Below are positions 31,702-41,807 of a stretch of 64,000 bases of DNA, one piece after another. Location: positions 224,001 through 288,000 of the forward strand of contig JBQTHB010000006.1 of NCBI GenBank assembly GCA_052390235.1. Reading direction: 5' to 3'. The notes under the pieces were generated by a model. It made no database searches and had not been told where the DNA came from. It saw only the letters and a list, made by a program, of their open reading frames with translations. The DNA is from Deltaproteobacteria bacterium. GTDB lineage: Bacteria > Desulfobacterota_D > UBA1144 > Nemesobacterales > CSP1-2. Numbering within the stretch: position 1 is the first letter of the stretch; each line of letters opens with the position of its first letter. The position numbers were made by a program, and so were the translations under genes.

Positions 31702-32916
31702 TCATGGAAGAAGACACACACCCTCGCTACATATTCCAGCCTGATCGTGAATCAAACACACTTCGCCATCGCAGTCAAAATCTTGGCAGTCGCTATTTCC
31801 ATCTCCGTCGTTATCGAAATTGTCATTGCAGGTTGACTCTGGGAATTCACAATTTGAGAATAACCCTCTGCAGTCCGGGTCGGCGCAGTCGTGTAATTGG
31901 TCTCCGTCATTATCCTGTCCGTCCAGACACTCGTCTCCGGTCTCGGTGCATCTGGGGTCGGAGGCGCAGTCGGAATCCTGACAGTCGAATTGGAAATCCC
32001 CGTCGTTGTCGGCAAAATCATCGCAGGTTAGCTCTCTAGAGAATTCGCATTGGAAGGGCTGACCTTCTTGCAAGGGGGAGGATCCTACAGTAACTCCGTC
32101 GCAATTCGAGTCGGCGCAGTCAATAAGCCCGTCGCCGTCGTTATCGGCGAAATCATCGCAGGTTGACTCGGAAAATTCGCAAATAGCCTGACATGGGCCC
32201 ACCTGTCCGACGCAGTCGAAATCGGCGCAGTCTATAAGCCTGTCCCCGTCGTCGTCCATCCCGTTTGCGCAATTTTCATTCATGCCGGGCGTAGGGGAAG
32301 GCTCGGGGGTTATTATTGGGGATGTCGTGGGCGTGGGTTGAACGCTCGGCGTTGGCGCTGGGGAGGTCTGAATTACGCACAAGCCAAGCGAGCAGACCCC
32401 GCTAATGCCGTCTATGGAGCAGACATCGCCGCTGCAATCTGGGTCGGCGCAATCAGTTAAATCGTCTCCGTCGTTATCCTGTCCATCGCCGCAGACCAGT
32501 TCTATGCCCTCGCCGGGTACAAGCGCGCAGGGGATTACCACTGCGTTCTCTCCGGGGAGAATTTCGGTGTTAATACCCCCCATGCAGATGACCGTCTGAT
32601 TTGCGTCCGTCCCTACGACGGTAATGGCGAGGGGCCCAAGCGGGAAAAAGATTTGAACCTGAGCGGTTAGCCCGCCGACAGCAAAGGATTCTTCAATTGT
32701 TTCAGAGCCGGACAGCCCCGAAATTGTTACAGAAGTAATGTCCTGAAACTGTCTCGGAGAAGAACCAAAACCGCCAGGGCAAAAGCCCTCGTCAAATCTC
32801 AACGAGACCCTCAGCGAAGAGCCGCCAGAAATTTCGCCGCCACCACCAGCTCCTCCGCAGGATATGTAAATCATCAGCGTCAGCATTAACGGAGCAAGGA
32901 GGAGTCTCTTATTCAA
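31702..32916 (-). CDS. Paralogous lipoprotein with 6 Cys/Asp-rich repeats
   Basis: Lipobox YISC-GG; shares SLRVSL / ISG.SGSET.EE / ITV...DAN...(V/I)C.GG with its neighbour; 6 repeats. Confidence 0.8.
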   Translation of the reverse strand: MNKRLLLAPLMLTLMIYISCGGAGGGGEISGGSSLRVSLRFDEGFCPGGFGSSPRQFQDITSVTISGLSGSETIEESFAVGGLTAQVQIFFPLGPLAITVVGTDANQTVICMGGINTEILPGENAVVIPCALVPGEGIELVCGDGQDNDGDDLTDCADPDCSGDVCSIDGISGVCSLGLCVIQTSPAPTPSVQPTPTTSPIITPEPSPTPGMNENCANGMDDDGDRLIDCADFDCVGQVGPCQAICEFSESTCDDFADNDGDGLIDCADSNCDGVTVGSSPLQEGQPFQCEFSRELTCDDFADNDGDFQFDCQDSDCASDPRCTETGDECLDGQDNDGDQLHDCADPDCRGLFSNCEFPESTCNDNFDNDGDGNSDCQDFDCDGEVCLIHDQAGICSEGVCLLP

Positions 32917-32974
32917 TTTATCACCTCAAAGTTAAATTTACTCGGATGAACCTAACCACTAGCGATTGTGCAGA

Positions 32975-33772
32975 TTACTGTCCCCCGGGAGATGGCGGAA
33001 TCACTATATCCACTGGCGCTCTGCCTTCGGAATCAACCCCCGGAAGCTGGTCTGCGGGCTGTTCCAGCGGGAGCTCCGGCAGAGAGCGCAGTACAGGAGA
33101 ATCGTCTGAAGCCGGAGTGTTAGGGTCTTTGCCCGGATAATCTTCATACAATGAGTCCCTGAGCGGAACGCCCTCTTGGAAGTCTGTATCGCTGAACTCT
33201 TCTTTTAATTTACTGCTGAGTGCCTCTGGGTCGGAAGGGTCGCCATCTATGATTCTCGTACACTCGCCAGAGTTAAGCAAAACCTCTCTGGTTTTCCCCT
33301 TCACCGACACTGCCCCCTCGACGACGCAGAATATCCCCTTGGCGTTAACGAGCAGAGTCGTTCCCTTCACGCCGGCGACGGCGTTGGGGGTGGCGTACTC
33401 AACGGTTGACTCGCCTTCAATTCTCTGCACGATGGATTTGAGCTTTCCCTTCGTGAGGGTGGATAAGGACTTTCTTTTTCCCGGATTATAGGCAAATTCG
33501 GTGATTTCAAACTCGGCGTTTGCTCCGAGAGAAATTAAAGTATCGTCCTCAAATAGTATCTTAGCCCCGGAATCGTCTCCAGTTTCGATTAAATCCCCAA
33601 GATAGGCTCTCGCGCCTTGCTTGACCTGCTCTAGGGTCTCTACGCCCGTGATTTTAACCTGCCCATTGGCGGCTGTAATCACCCCTACGGGCTGAGGGGA
33701 CTGGGCATTGGCGACTGAAAGCCATAAAACCGAGAGCATTATATATGATAAAACAACAGAGCTAATTTTCAT
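32975..33772 (-). CDS. Secreted FecR-domain protein
   Basis: Signal peptide; GD.IETG..S.A.I.F.D.T...LG.N, TPNAVAGVKGT, VVEGAVSV. Confidence 0.85.
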   Translation of the reverse strand: MKISSVVLSYIMLSVLWLSVANAQSPQPVGVITAANGQVKITGVETLEQVKQGARAYLGDLIETGDDSGAKILFEDDTLISLGANAEFEITEFAYNPGKRKSLSTLTKGKLKSIVQRIEGESTVEYATPNAVAGVKGTTLLVNAKGIFCVVEGAVSVKGKTREVLLNSGECTRIIDGDPSDPEALSSKLKEEFSDTDFQEGVPLRDSLYEDYPGKDPNTPASDDSPVLRSLPELPLEQPADQLPGVDSEGRAPVDIVIPPSPGGQ

Positions 33773-33801
33773 GTTTTCCCCGTACCTCGCGGATAAACTT
33801 T

Positions 33802-35310
33802 TTAGAACCTAACGCTCAGCGTGGCTGAAACCACGTTTCTCGAATAATCGAACGGCTCGCCTGCAGGAACGTCGCTGTCCGAGAGGTTTGAAATGTGCTG
33901 ATAGCCAAAATCAACCGATAAATTCTTATAAACCTTCTTTGACACTACGACCCTGAAGCGAAGCTCATTATCAACCCTCTCGAAGGGGTCGTTGTGGTAA
34001 TCCTCTCTGGAATAGCTCGCATCGGAGAAAACCACGAGGTCATAGGGAAGAAGCAAGAATCCCTCGACGAAAACCCCCGGCGCGTAGTAATCGAAATTGC
34101 GCCTGCCCGCTATGTCATCGGCGCTGTTGATTTCAAATTTAACCCCCGGCCTAATGAGCAACTTGCCATCCCGAAGGAGGAACGTCTGGGCTAGGACAAC
34201 GGCATTATTTACGGCGTCTCTTTCGGGGAAATCCTCAAAATCGTCGAATCTCAACTGATAGGAGAGGTCAGTACTGGTGATATTGCTCCATTTAACTGTT
34301 ATCTTGGGGCTGACCAGATGGTACTGAGAGAATAAATCACTCGCAGGAGAGCCGTCTATTAGCACAACGTCGTAGGCGTAATCGAGTCTGAAGGAGACGA
34401 GTTTCTCGGCTAAAGTAACCCTCTTTTCCCCATACACGCCGAAGCGGTGGTCTTGGATGTTGAACTCGTCCAGGTCGTTATGGAAAGAGAAATAGGTCTT
34501 ATAATCTAAGCCTATTACGGCATCGGGTTTCAAATAGGGCTTAAAGCCGAGGTTAGCGATGAAAACCCCGCGCACGTCGCTTTGGTCTGTAATTTCAACG
34601 TCGTTAGGCTCAAGCGAGACGTTGTCGTCGAACTGGGCGCCCACGCTGACCAAGCCGTAGTATTTTTTGGTGAGCCTCTCAATGGCGGCGAGATAATCTA
34701 TCGAGGCTTTGGCAAAGCTAGTTTCAGGCTGGAGCGTGCGGACAGTCTCGAAGTCAGTTTTTGCGGTTTGATATTCGGCAATCTGGTAGTGGCTCGCCCC
34801 CTTGTAAAACTTGGAAGGAAGCAATACCTCGGAGTCGAGTCCCGCCGCTTTATCTAGGGACGCGGCAGAGGCTTGATATTTGCCGAGCTGATACTGCGTA
34901 TAGCCTAGGTTATATTGGGCGAGGCCGCTTTTAGGGTTTCTAGTTACGGCTTCGGTAAATTCCGCCTCTGCCATGGCTAGGTCTCCGGTTTTAAGATAAA
35001 CAGCGCCCAAGTCGAGATTTATATCCATGATATTCGGGTCTAGGGATTTTGCCCTCTCGAGATATTTTATTGACTCCAAGTCCCTTTCCATCTTATAGAG
35101 CGAGAGTCCAAGAGCGTGATGAGCCACGGCGCTCTGAGGATTTTCAGCAATAGCCCGCTCGAGGGAACTGACGGCTTCGGGATAATTCTTATCCAAATAA
35201 CCGGCGATGCCTTTGTTTAGGTTCACTTCGAATTCCGCAAAAGAGGGATAAGACAGTGTTAATGTTAAAACGGTTAGGAGAAGACAGTTTCTTAGTTTCA
35301 ATCCCGCCAC
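33802..35310 (-). CDS. TPR + outer-membrane beta-barrel protein (Slam/DUF560-like)
   Basis: Signal peptide, about 5 TPRs, barrel beginning G.QFDDNV, ending YSRNVVSATLSVRF (C-terminal Phe). Confidence 0.75.
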   Translation of the reverse strand: MAGLKLRNCLLLTVLTLTLSYPSFAEFEVNLNKGIAGYLDKNYPEAVSSLERAIAENPQSAVAHHALGLSLYKMERDLESIKYLERAKSLDPNIMDINLDLGAVYLKTGDLAMAEAEFTEAVTRNPKSGLAQYNLGYTQYQLGKYQASAASLDKAAGLDSEVLLPSKFYKGASHYQIAEYQTAKTDFETVRTLQPETSFAKASIDYLAAIERLTKKYYGLVSVGAQFDDNVSLEPNDVEITDQSDVRGVFIANLGFKPYLKPDAVIGLDYKTYFSFHNDLDEFNIQDHRFGVYGEKRVTLAEKLVSFRLDYAYDVVLIDGSPASDLFSQYHLVSPKITVKWSNITSTDLSYQLRFDDFEDFPERDAVNNAVVLAQTFLLRDGKLLIRPGVKFEINSADDIAGRRNFDYYAPGVFVEGFLLLPYDLVVFSDASYSREDYHNDPFERVDNELRFRVVVSKKVYKNLSVDFGYQHISNLSDSDVPAGEPFDYSRNVVSATLSVRF

Positions 35311-35375
35311 CTTGTGTCCTTAAGGATTTAAATGAAGAAAAGCCGCGCGCCGTGATACACAACAGCCCAGCTTTC

Positions 35376-35404
35376 AGCTTACAACTATAACTTTTTATTG
35401 TCAA
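35376..35404 (-). promoter_or_regulatory. sigma70-type promoter of barrel/FecR/lipoprotein operon
   Basis: Minus strand TTGACA-17-TAAGCT. Confidence 0.55.
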
Positions 35405-35505
35405 TACTAAGCCGCAAATCTCGTAGCAATCGGCGCTCACCCGATAAATTAATCCCGCATACAAGTGTTGACAGCTAAAATCGAACCCTGTATTTTGTAC
35501 TCGGT

Positions 35506-36852
35506 ATGAGCGAATATAAAGCGTGGTTTCAGTGCATAGACGATGAATGCGGCGAGCGATACGCCCTTAACGAGATAGTCTATCGGTGCAAGCGGTGCGC
35601 GAACTTGCTCGAAGTGGCTCACGACCTCGCGCCCCTTCGGCAGAGAAGCGCGCAGGAGTGGAAGAAGATTTTTGACAGCCGCTACAGACGCCAAATTTGG
35701 CCCCACGGAAGCTCGGTTTGGGGGAAAAAAGAGTGGGTATGCCCCTACGTCGAGGATGCAAACATCGTCTCGATGTACGAGGGGGCGACGAATCTGTTCT
35801 GGGCTGAGCGGTTCGGCAGGCAAATTGGGGTTGAAGACCTATGGATAAAGATGTGCGGCAACAGCCACACGGGCTCTTTTAAAGACCTCGGTATGACTGT
35901 TCTCGTATCGGTGGTAAAGCAGATGATAGCCGACGGCAAAAGTATCCCCGCCGTAGCCTGCGCCTCTACCGGAGACACCTCAGCCGCGCTATCGGCGTAC
36001 TGCGCCTCAGCCGGGATTCAGGCTATAGTGTTCCTCCCCCGAAATAAGGTTTCAATCGCCCAGCTCGTTCAGCCCATAGCAAACGGCGCGCTGGTTCTAT
36101 CGCTCGATACGGATTTTGACGGCTGTATGGAGATGGTTCAGAAGGTCTGCACGGAGAATAATATTTACCTTGCAAATTCTATGAATTCGCTCAGAATCGA
36201 GGGGCAGAAGACCATAAGCATCGAGCTGTGCCAGCAATTCGACTGGGAAGTGCCAGATTGGATAATCATCCCCGGAGGCAACCTGGGCAACATCTCAGCC
36301 CTCGGAAACGGATTTCTCATGATGTACGAGCTTGGGCTAATAGACAGGCTTCCCAAACTCGTCTGCGCCCAAGCGCAGAGCGCGAACCCGCTGTACTTGA
36401 GCTATCTGAAGGGATTTGAAGAGTTCCATCCGGTCAAGGCGCAAAAGACCCTCGCAAGCGCCATCCAAATAGGCAACCCCGTGAGCATCAATAAAGCGAT
36501 AAAAACGCTCGTCAAATTCGGCGGCATTGTCGAGCAAGCCAGCGAAGAAGAACTCGCAAGTGCCTGCGCCCTAGTGGACAGGACGGGGACCTTCAACTGC
36601 CCTCACACGGGGGTAGCCATCGCCGCGTTTATGAAACTGCTGGACAGAAGGGTCATAGGCTCAAAGGACAGAGTGGTCATCATCTCGACGGCGCACGGGC
36701 TAAAATTCGTGGAGTTTAAAGTGTCGTATCACCAATCCGAGCTTGAGGGGATTTGCTCGAAATACGCCAACGCCCCCGTAGAACTTCCGCCGGATTTAAG
36801 CCGGATAAAAGAGGCGATATTCCACAATATCAAGACCGACGCGCTCTCTTAG
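35506..36852 (+). CDS. thrC: Threonine synthase (plant-like subfamily)
   Basis: [44 protein letters not shown]. Confidence 0.96.
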   Translation: MSEYKAWFQCIDDECGERYALNEIVYRCKRCANLLEVAHDLAPLRQRSAQEWKKIFDSRYRRQIWPHGSSVWGKKEWVCPYVEDANIVSMYEGATNLFWAERFGRQIGVEDLWIKMCGNSHTGSFKDLGMTVLVSVVKQMIADGKSIPAVACASTGDTSAALSAYCASAGIQAIVFLPRNKVSIAQLVQPIANGALVLSLDTDFDGCMEMVQKVCTENNIYLANSMNSLRIEGQKTISIELCQQFDWEVPDWIIIPGGNLGNISALGNGFLMMYELGLIDRLPKLVCAQAQSANPLYLSYLKGFEEFHPVKAQKTLASAIQIGNPVSINKAIKTLVKFGGIVEQASEEELASACALVDRTGTFNCPHTGVAIAAFMKLLDRRVIGSKDRVVIISTAHGLKFVEFKVSYHQSELEGICSKYANAPVELPPDLSRIKEAIFHNIKTDALS

Positions 36853-36910
36853 GAGACTTATAGCGCGAATATCTACGCAGGGGGTTATCGCCCCTACGCC
36901 CTCAAATGCC

Positions 36911-37828
36911 CTAATCCCTCAGTTCTTTGCCTGTGAGCCGCAGGAAAACGTCTTCTAAATTTGCGGGGCGGCGCAGAACCTCGGCGTCTTTGGCAGAAAT
37001 GAGCCTGCGCCCAATTTCATCCCCGTTTTTGGAGAATATGTAAATCGTATCGCCGGCTCTCTCAAAGCTAAACTCAAGCCCTCGTAGCTGGGCTAAAATC
37101 CCGTCGTCCTGCACCCTGCGTATCTCGAAAACGTCCCCTCCGGCATATTCGCGGATAAGCTCCCTTGGATGCCCCTGGCTGAGAATTCTGCCCGAATCCA
37201 TGACGGCGACCCTGTCGCAGAGCTTTTCGGCTTCTTCCATGTAGTGTGTGGTGAGAATCATCGTAACGCCGCGCTGTTTGAGCTCGCGAACCCTCTGCCA
37301 GATGAGATGCCTCGCCTGGGGGTCGAGTCCCGTGGTAGGCTCGTCGAGGAGGAGTAGCCTGGGGTTATTAATGAGGGCGCGGGCTATGACGAGTCTCCTC
37401 TGCATTCCGCCGGAGAGTTTCGTTACCTGTTCGCGGCGGCGCTCGTCAATGCTCAGGAACTGTAGAAGCTCCCTTGCCCTGTCCTCGGCTTCGCTCTTCG
37501 GAATGCCGAAATAGCGCGAATACAGCGCGAGGTTTTCCATTACGTCCAAATCGGGGTCTAGGTTATTGTCCTGAGGGACGACGCCGATTTGGGATTTTAT
37601 TTCCCTTGCGCAATCTCTCACGTCCATCCCGAATACCAAAAGTGTCCCTGACAACGGCACGGAGCGGCAGTAAATCATGCTAGTCGTCGTGGTTTTTCCA
37701 GCCCCGTTGGGGCCCAGAAACCCGAAACACTCCCCAGCAGGCACGGAGAACGAAATACCGTCAACCGCTTTTATGCCGTTGAAACTCTTGCGCAAATTCT
37801 CGGCCGAGACTACAGGCTCTGGAGTCAT
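36911..37828 (-). CDS. ABC transporter ATP-binding protein (NodI-like)
   Basis: GPNGAGKTT, LSGGMQRR, LLDEPTTGLDPQARH, LEDVFLRLTG. Confidence 0.9.
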   Translation of the reverse strand: MTPEPVVSAENLRKSFNGIKAVDGISFSVPAGECFGFLGPNGAGKTTTTSMIYCRSVPLSGTLLVFGMDVRDCAREIKSQIGVVPQDNNLDPDLDVMENLALYSRYFGIPKSEAEDRARELLQFLSIDERRREQVTKLSGGMQRRLVIARALINNPRLLLLDEPTTGLDPQARHLIWQRVRELKQRGVTMILTTHYMEEAEKLCDRVAVMDSGRILSQGHPRELIREYAGGDVFEIRRVQDDGILAQLRGLEFSFERAGDTIYIFSKNGDEIGRRLISAKDAEVLRRPANLEDVFLRLTGKELRD

Positions 37829-37949
37829 GCGGAAATAATACCCATAAAAAAAGAAAAACGGGCTAAGGATACTCCCTCCCTAGCCCGCTGCGTATAATCT
37901 CTGTCCATCTCTCTCGACACGCAGACGAGGCGCGCCGGAACGGAGAGAA

Positions 37950-38825
37950 TTAGGTCCCGAATCTCACAATTAAATCAACTACGAATCCCACGTTGGCAAA
38001 ATCCGTTATCTCGTCGCTCCCGAAGGGAATCTGCACCCCTGCGCCGAGGCTTATTATCTGCCCCCCTAATCTCACGCCGGGGGTGATGTAGCCGCCTGTG
38101 ATGTCGTCGCTAGAAGATACGGAAGAGGCAAATAGAACCTCAAGCAGAAAAGACGTGGAGAACGGAAGGGGTAGATTCGGCGATATGCTTGCCGTAGCCC
38201 CGTACTTTAGGATGAGTTCGCTGCTGTCTCCTTCGATTTCATCGGCGCTCGTGAGGATTTCGGCGTCGAAATTAGCTTGAAGGGCGACAATCCCCTTGCT
38301 GAGTCCAAGCACAACGTAGGGTTTGAGGGTTAGAGCGTCTTCTTGGAAATAGGAGAAATCCCTAAAATACGCCTGCGCCGCTAGAGAGCTTAAATCGTCG
38401 TTGTCAGCCGTGGGTAGAATCACCTCGAAGCCGCCCGTGAGGATGGCAGAATCCAAATTTAGAAGAGCTACTTTGCCGCCGACCCCGATATTGCCAAGGT
38501 TATAATCCCCGTCGTTGCCAGGGCCAAAGTCTGTTACGCCCGCAAAAGGAAACTTGGCATAGACCCCAAGCAAATTCTGATACAGATTAACGTCTGCCCG
38601 AATCTGATTCATAAATAACGAGCCGGAATTATCGAGGTCAATAAACTCGCCGTTCGCCCTAATGCCGGTGATAGAGTACGGATGCTCCAAATTGAATGAA
38701 ATTGGAATATCCGTCCCCGCCGCCCTCGCCTCTTTTGTGGGAACAAAAAGCGCGGAAGCGGCTAAAATTAAGCAGATAAAGCCAAAAATCTCTCCTTTAT
38801 CTCTCATCTCTCTCTTAACCTCCAT
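37950..38825 (-). CDS. Putative outer-membrane beta-barrel protein
   Basis: Signal peptide, alternating beta-strand pattern, LGNIGVGGK, C-terminal VVDLIVRF. Confidence 0.55.
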   Translation of the reverse strand: MEVKREMRDKGEIFGFICLILAASALFVPTKEARAAGTDIPISFNLEHPYSITGIRANGEFIDLDNSGSLFMNQIRADVNLYQNLLGVYAKFPFAGVTDFGPGNDGDYNLGNIGVGGKVALLNLDSAILTGGFEVILPTADNDDLSSLAAQAYFRDFSYFQEDALTLKPYVVLGLSKGIVALQANFDAEILTSADEIEGDSSELILKYGATASISPNLPLPFSTSFLLEVLFASSVSSSDDITGGYITPGVRLGGQIISLGAGVQIPFGSDEITDFANVGFVVDLIVRFGT

Positions 38826-38933
38826 AAAATTATTGTACGTCCATTCTATCGAATCGCCGCCCGCATTTCAAGTGTTATATGTGAGCCTAGGAACTTTGCA
38901 ATGAGCCGCCGAATGGGCTATATTCACCGCTTG

Positions 38934-39563
38934 ATGATGAAATTCGCCCTCCGAGGACTCTACGTTATCACGGATAAAAAGCTCATCCCTAGGGAGAGAT
39001 TCGCCGAGTCGGTGGAGGCGGCAATCAGAGGCGGGGCGAAGATTCTCCAAATTAGGGAGAAAGACACCCCGAATGAGGAAATTATAAGGCTCGGACTGGA
39101 GCTTCTAGCCATCGCCCGAAGATACAACGTGCCGCTCATTGTGAACGACTCCCCGTGGCTTGCGAAGGAAATCGGGGCGGACGGAGTGCATCTCGGCAGG
39201 GGAGACGCCGAAATTGCCGAAGCTAGGAGTATTCTTGGCAGTGAGGCGATAATAGGCATCTCCTGCTACGGCGACATAGAGCGCGGAATGAACGCCGAGA
39301 GGGAAGGCGCGGATTACCTAGCATTTGGAACTCCCTACGACACCCCCACGAAGCCGGGGCGCAAACCCACGCCGTTTGAGGTTCTGCTGGAGGCAAAGAG
39401 GAAATTGACCGCGCCGATATTTGCCATCGGGGGGATTACGCCCGAGAACGCAAGGGACGTGCTTGAGATGGGAGTTGACGGCATAGCGGCTATAACGAGC
39501 GTTTTCGGCGCGAGCGACCCTGAAGCGGCGGCGCGGCGACTTGCGGCGCTGTTTTCCAAATAA
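38934..39563 (+). CDS. thiE: Thiamine-phosphate synthase
   Basis: LYVITD, QIREK, IVND, DGVHLG..D, TPTKP, AIGGI. Confidence 0.95.
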   Translation: MMKFALRGLYVITDKKLIPRERFAESVEAAIRGGAKILQIREKDTPNEEIIRLGLELLAIARRYNVPLIVNDSPWLAKEIGADGVHLGRGDAEIAEARSILGSEAIIGISCYGDIERGMNAEREGADYLAFGTPYDTPTKPGRKPTPFEVLLEAKRKLTAPIFAIGGITPENARDVLEMGVDGIAAITSVFGASDPEAAARRLAALFSK

Positions 39564-39589
39564 GCCGACTGAATGTTGATAACTACTGA

Positions 39590-40416
39590 GGTGTCATTCC
39601 GATTGTCTCACCTCTGCTATTCCCAACGCCTCACCCTTTGTCATTCCGAACGCCCTCCTTTGTCATTCCGAACGCAGAGAGGAATCTTCCAATAAATTAG
39701 AGACAGAATTCAGTACAGGGGGGGCTGGAGTGAAAACTCTCGCTCCCCTTTTTTATTGCCCGTTCGACACAGATGAGGATGAAGTGGATTCCCGCTCTAA
39801 AGACTGCGGGAATGACAAACAGGCTCTGCTATTCCGATTGTCTCACCTCTGCTACTCCCAACGCCTCGGCCGTGTCATTCCGAACGCAGAGAGGAATCTT
39901 ATTCAGGACTTATCGTTATCGCTATAAGATTTCTCAGTTGCTAACGCTCCCTCGAAATGACAACAGGGGGGCGACGCAAGATGGCGCGGGAGGGTTGTCA
40001 TTCCCGCAAGTCATCTGAGCGGGAATCCAGTTTTCTTCTACAGTGAGCAGAGCCTTCATAGTGAGTCCTCCGACCAAGCTCAGCATAAACTCCGTCAAGC
40101 TCTAGATTCCCACTTGCGTGGGAATGACAGACGAGGCTCCGCCCGCCCGTTCGACACAGATGAGGGTGAAATGGATTCCCGCTCTAAAGACTGCGGGAAT
40201 GACAGACAGGCTCTACCATTTCGATTGTCTCACCTCTGCCATTGCGAGCAGCCTCGGCCGTGTCATTCCGAACCGCTTCACCCTCCTGTCATTCCCGAAC
40301 GCAGAGAGAGGAATCTGATTCAGGATTTATCGCCCTCCGACTCCGCTCAGGGTGAAGATTTCTCAGTCGCTACCACGCTCCCTCAAAATAACAAGAGGGA
40401 AGCGGCGCAAGATGGC
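39590..40416. repeat. Cluster of REP/dRS3-like palindromes; two imperfect direct copies (39758-39985, 40145-40416) plus a partial copy
   Basis: Repeated TGGATTCCCGC..GCGGGAATGAC and GTCATTCCGAACGCAGAGAGGAATCT; ATTCCC-N8-GGGAAT at 40106-40125. Confidence 0.85.
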
Positions 40417-40508
40417 AGATGAGAATTAATTGAGGGACTATTTATAAAGAAGCAGGTCAGGGACGGGTTTTGCGCCCGCCCCCGTTATCGCTAATTTCCA
40501 ATTCAGAA

Positions 40509-41582
40509 TTACTTAAACAGCCCCGAAAAATCCACTCCCTCGCGCCTGGTTTTCACCCTCTCTGCTAGGGCATGAGAGATTATCGGCAGGGCAATTGTAG
40601 CCTCGCAGTAGCACTGAACGAATCCGCCCTGCGGGTCTTCCTTCCCCCACGAGATTGCCTCTTCAAACGTGCAGCCGGAAAGCCCTCCCCACTGAGGCGA
40701 GTCAGTCGTAATCTGCACGGCGTAGCGGTGAGGATAGTAGGTCTCAGGGGTGCTTTCGCGCTTTAAGCCGTTTTCCCTGTGGGGAACAGCCATGCCTTCG
40801 TAGAGTAGTCCCCCTGTTACGGCAAATAGTTGAATGAAATCCTTTGGCACGCCGCCGCCAATGTAAATGACCCCGGTTTTGCTCACTTTCTCGCCGAGGC
40901 GCATAAACTCGATGTAGTCCCTAATGGCGTCTATTGTGAGCGTAAATCCCTTGCTTTTGGCAATGAGCGCGGCGTCTCCGTAGGGGCTGTCGGCGATGGC
41001 GGGGCAGAATATGGGAACTCCGTTTTCAGCCGCCGTGGCGACGATGCTCTTTATATTTTTCTGAGACAGCCATAGCCCGAAGTGATGTAGAAATTCGCGG
41101 GATGAGTAATTATATCCCTCGTTGAGCGTCATAATGAACTCGGCTATGAGTTCGGTCATCTCAAGATAGTCGTCTTCCCTTCCATAGACGTCGTAGTATC
41201 TGTTGTAGCCCTCTTGAAATAGCTCTTCGTTGTCCACCACGTGGCTTCCCTGAACATATCCCCTGCCCATAGCGTCAACAATATCTTCGGAGATGTTCGC
41301 CCCCGTGGGAACGAGAATGTCAATAAAGCGGTTCTCGATGAGCCAATTGATGATTTTCCACTGCCCGGTCGTGGAGAGCGAGCCTGCGTAGCCGAGAAGT
41401 ATCGTCGTATTTTCATCCTTAATCATCTGCTGTAGAACCTCGACGGACCTCGCAAGGCTCTTGCCCTGAAATCCAGTCTGAGCCATATCCGCAAGAAGCT
41501 CGGATACGGTCTTTGGGGCTGATACCTCAATTGCTTTGACCATGCGGGGCTTTACGCTCACCACTTTGTTTCTCTTTGCCAA
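40509..41582 (-). CDS. Deoxyhypusine synthase-like protein (probable homospermidine synthase)
   Basis: TGFQG, TGANI, PAIADS, IGGGVPKD, GGLSGCTFEEAISWGK (catalytic Lys); TTG start with GGAGG SD. Confidence 0.88.
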   Translation of the reverse strand: MAKRNKVVSVKPRMVKAIEVSAPKTVSELLADMAQTGFQGKSLARSVEVLQQMIKDENTTILLGYAGSLSTTGQWKIINWLIENRFIDILVPTGANISEDIVDAMGRGYVQGSHVVDNEELFQEGYNRYYDVYGREDDYLEMTELIAEFIMTLNEGYNYSSREFLHHFGLWLSQKNIKSIVATAAENGVPIFCPAIADSPYGDAALIAKSKGFTLTIDAIRDYIEFMRLGEKVSKTGVIYIGGGVPKDFIQLFAVTGGLLYEGMAVPHRENGLKRESTPETYYPHRYAVQITTDSPQWGGLSGCTFEEAISWGKEDPQGGFVQCYCEATIALPIISHALAERVKTRREGVDFSGLFK

Positions 41583-41609
41583 TTCTTACATACCTCCGTT
41601 TGATTTAAT

Positions 41610-41647
41610 TTAAGAAGAGCTATAATAATTAAGAAGAGCTATAATAA
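41610..41647 (+). repeat. Perfect 19-bp tandem duplication containing TATAAT
   Basis: TTAAGAAGAGCTATAATAA x2. Confidence 0.9.
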
Positions 41648-41807
41648 TAATGCAACTATCCGAAATTTATATACTTGCGCGGAAAAATTTTTTGCCCTCG
41701 AATACGACAATTCGGAGCGCGGAAACCGCCAGCCGCCGCGCCGAAAATGAGCAGTTGGCAAAGGCGCTCTGGGTATGTTAGATTATCCCAAGAGAGGGGA
41801 GAGACAG

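Noticed and set aside
39590..40416. Possible CRISPR array for the cmr locus
   Set aside because: Repeats are variable, nested and palindromic, with no unique equal-length spacers. The short ORFs here are repeat-derived.
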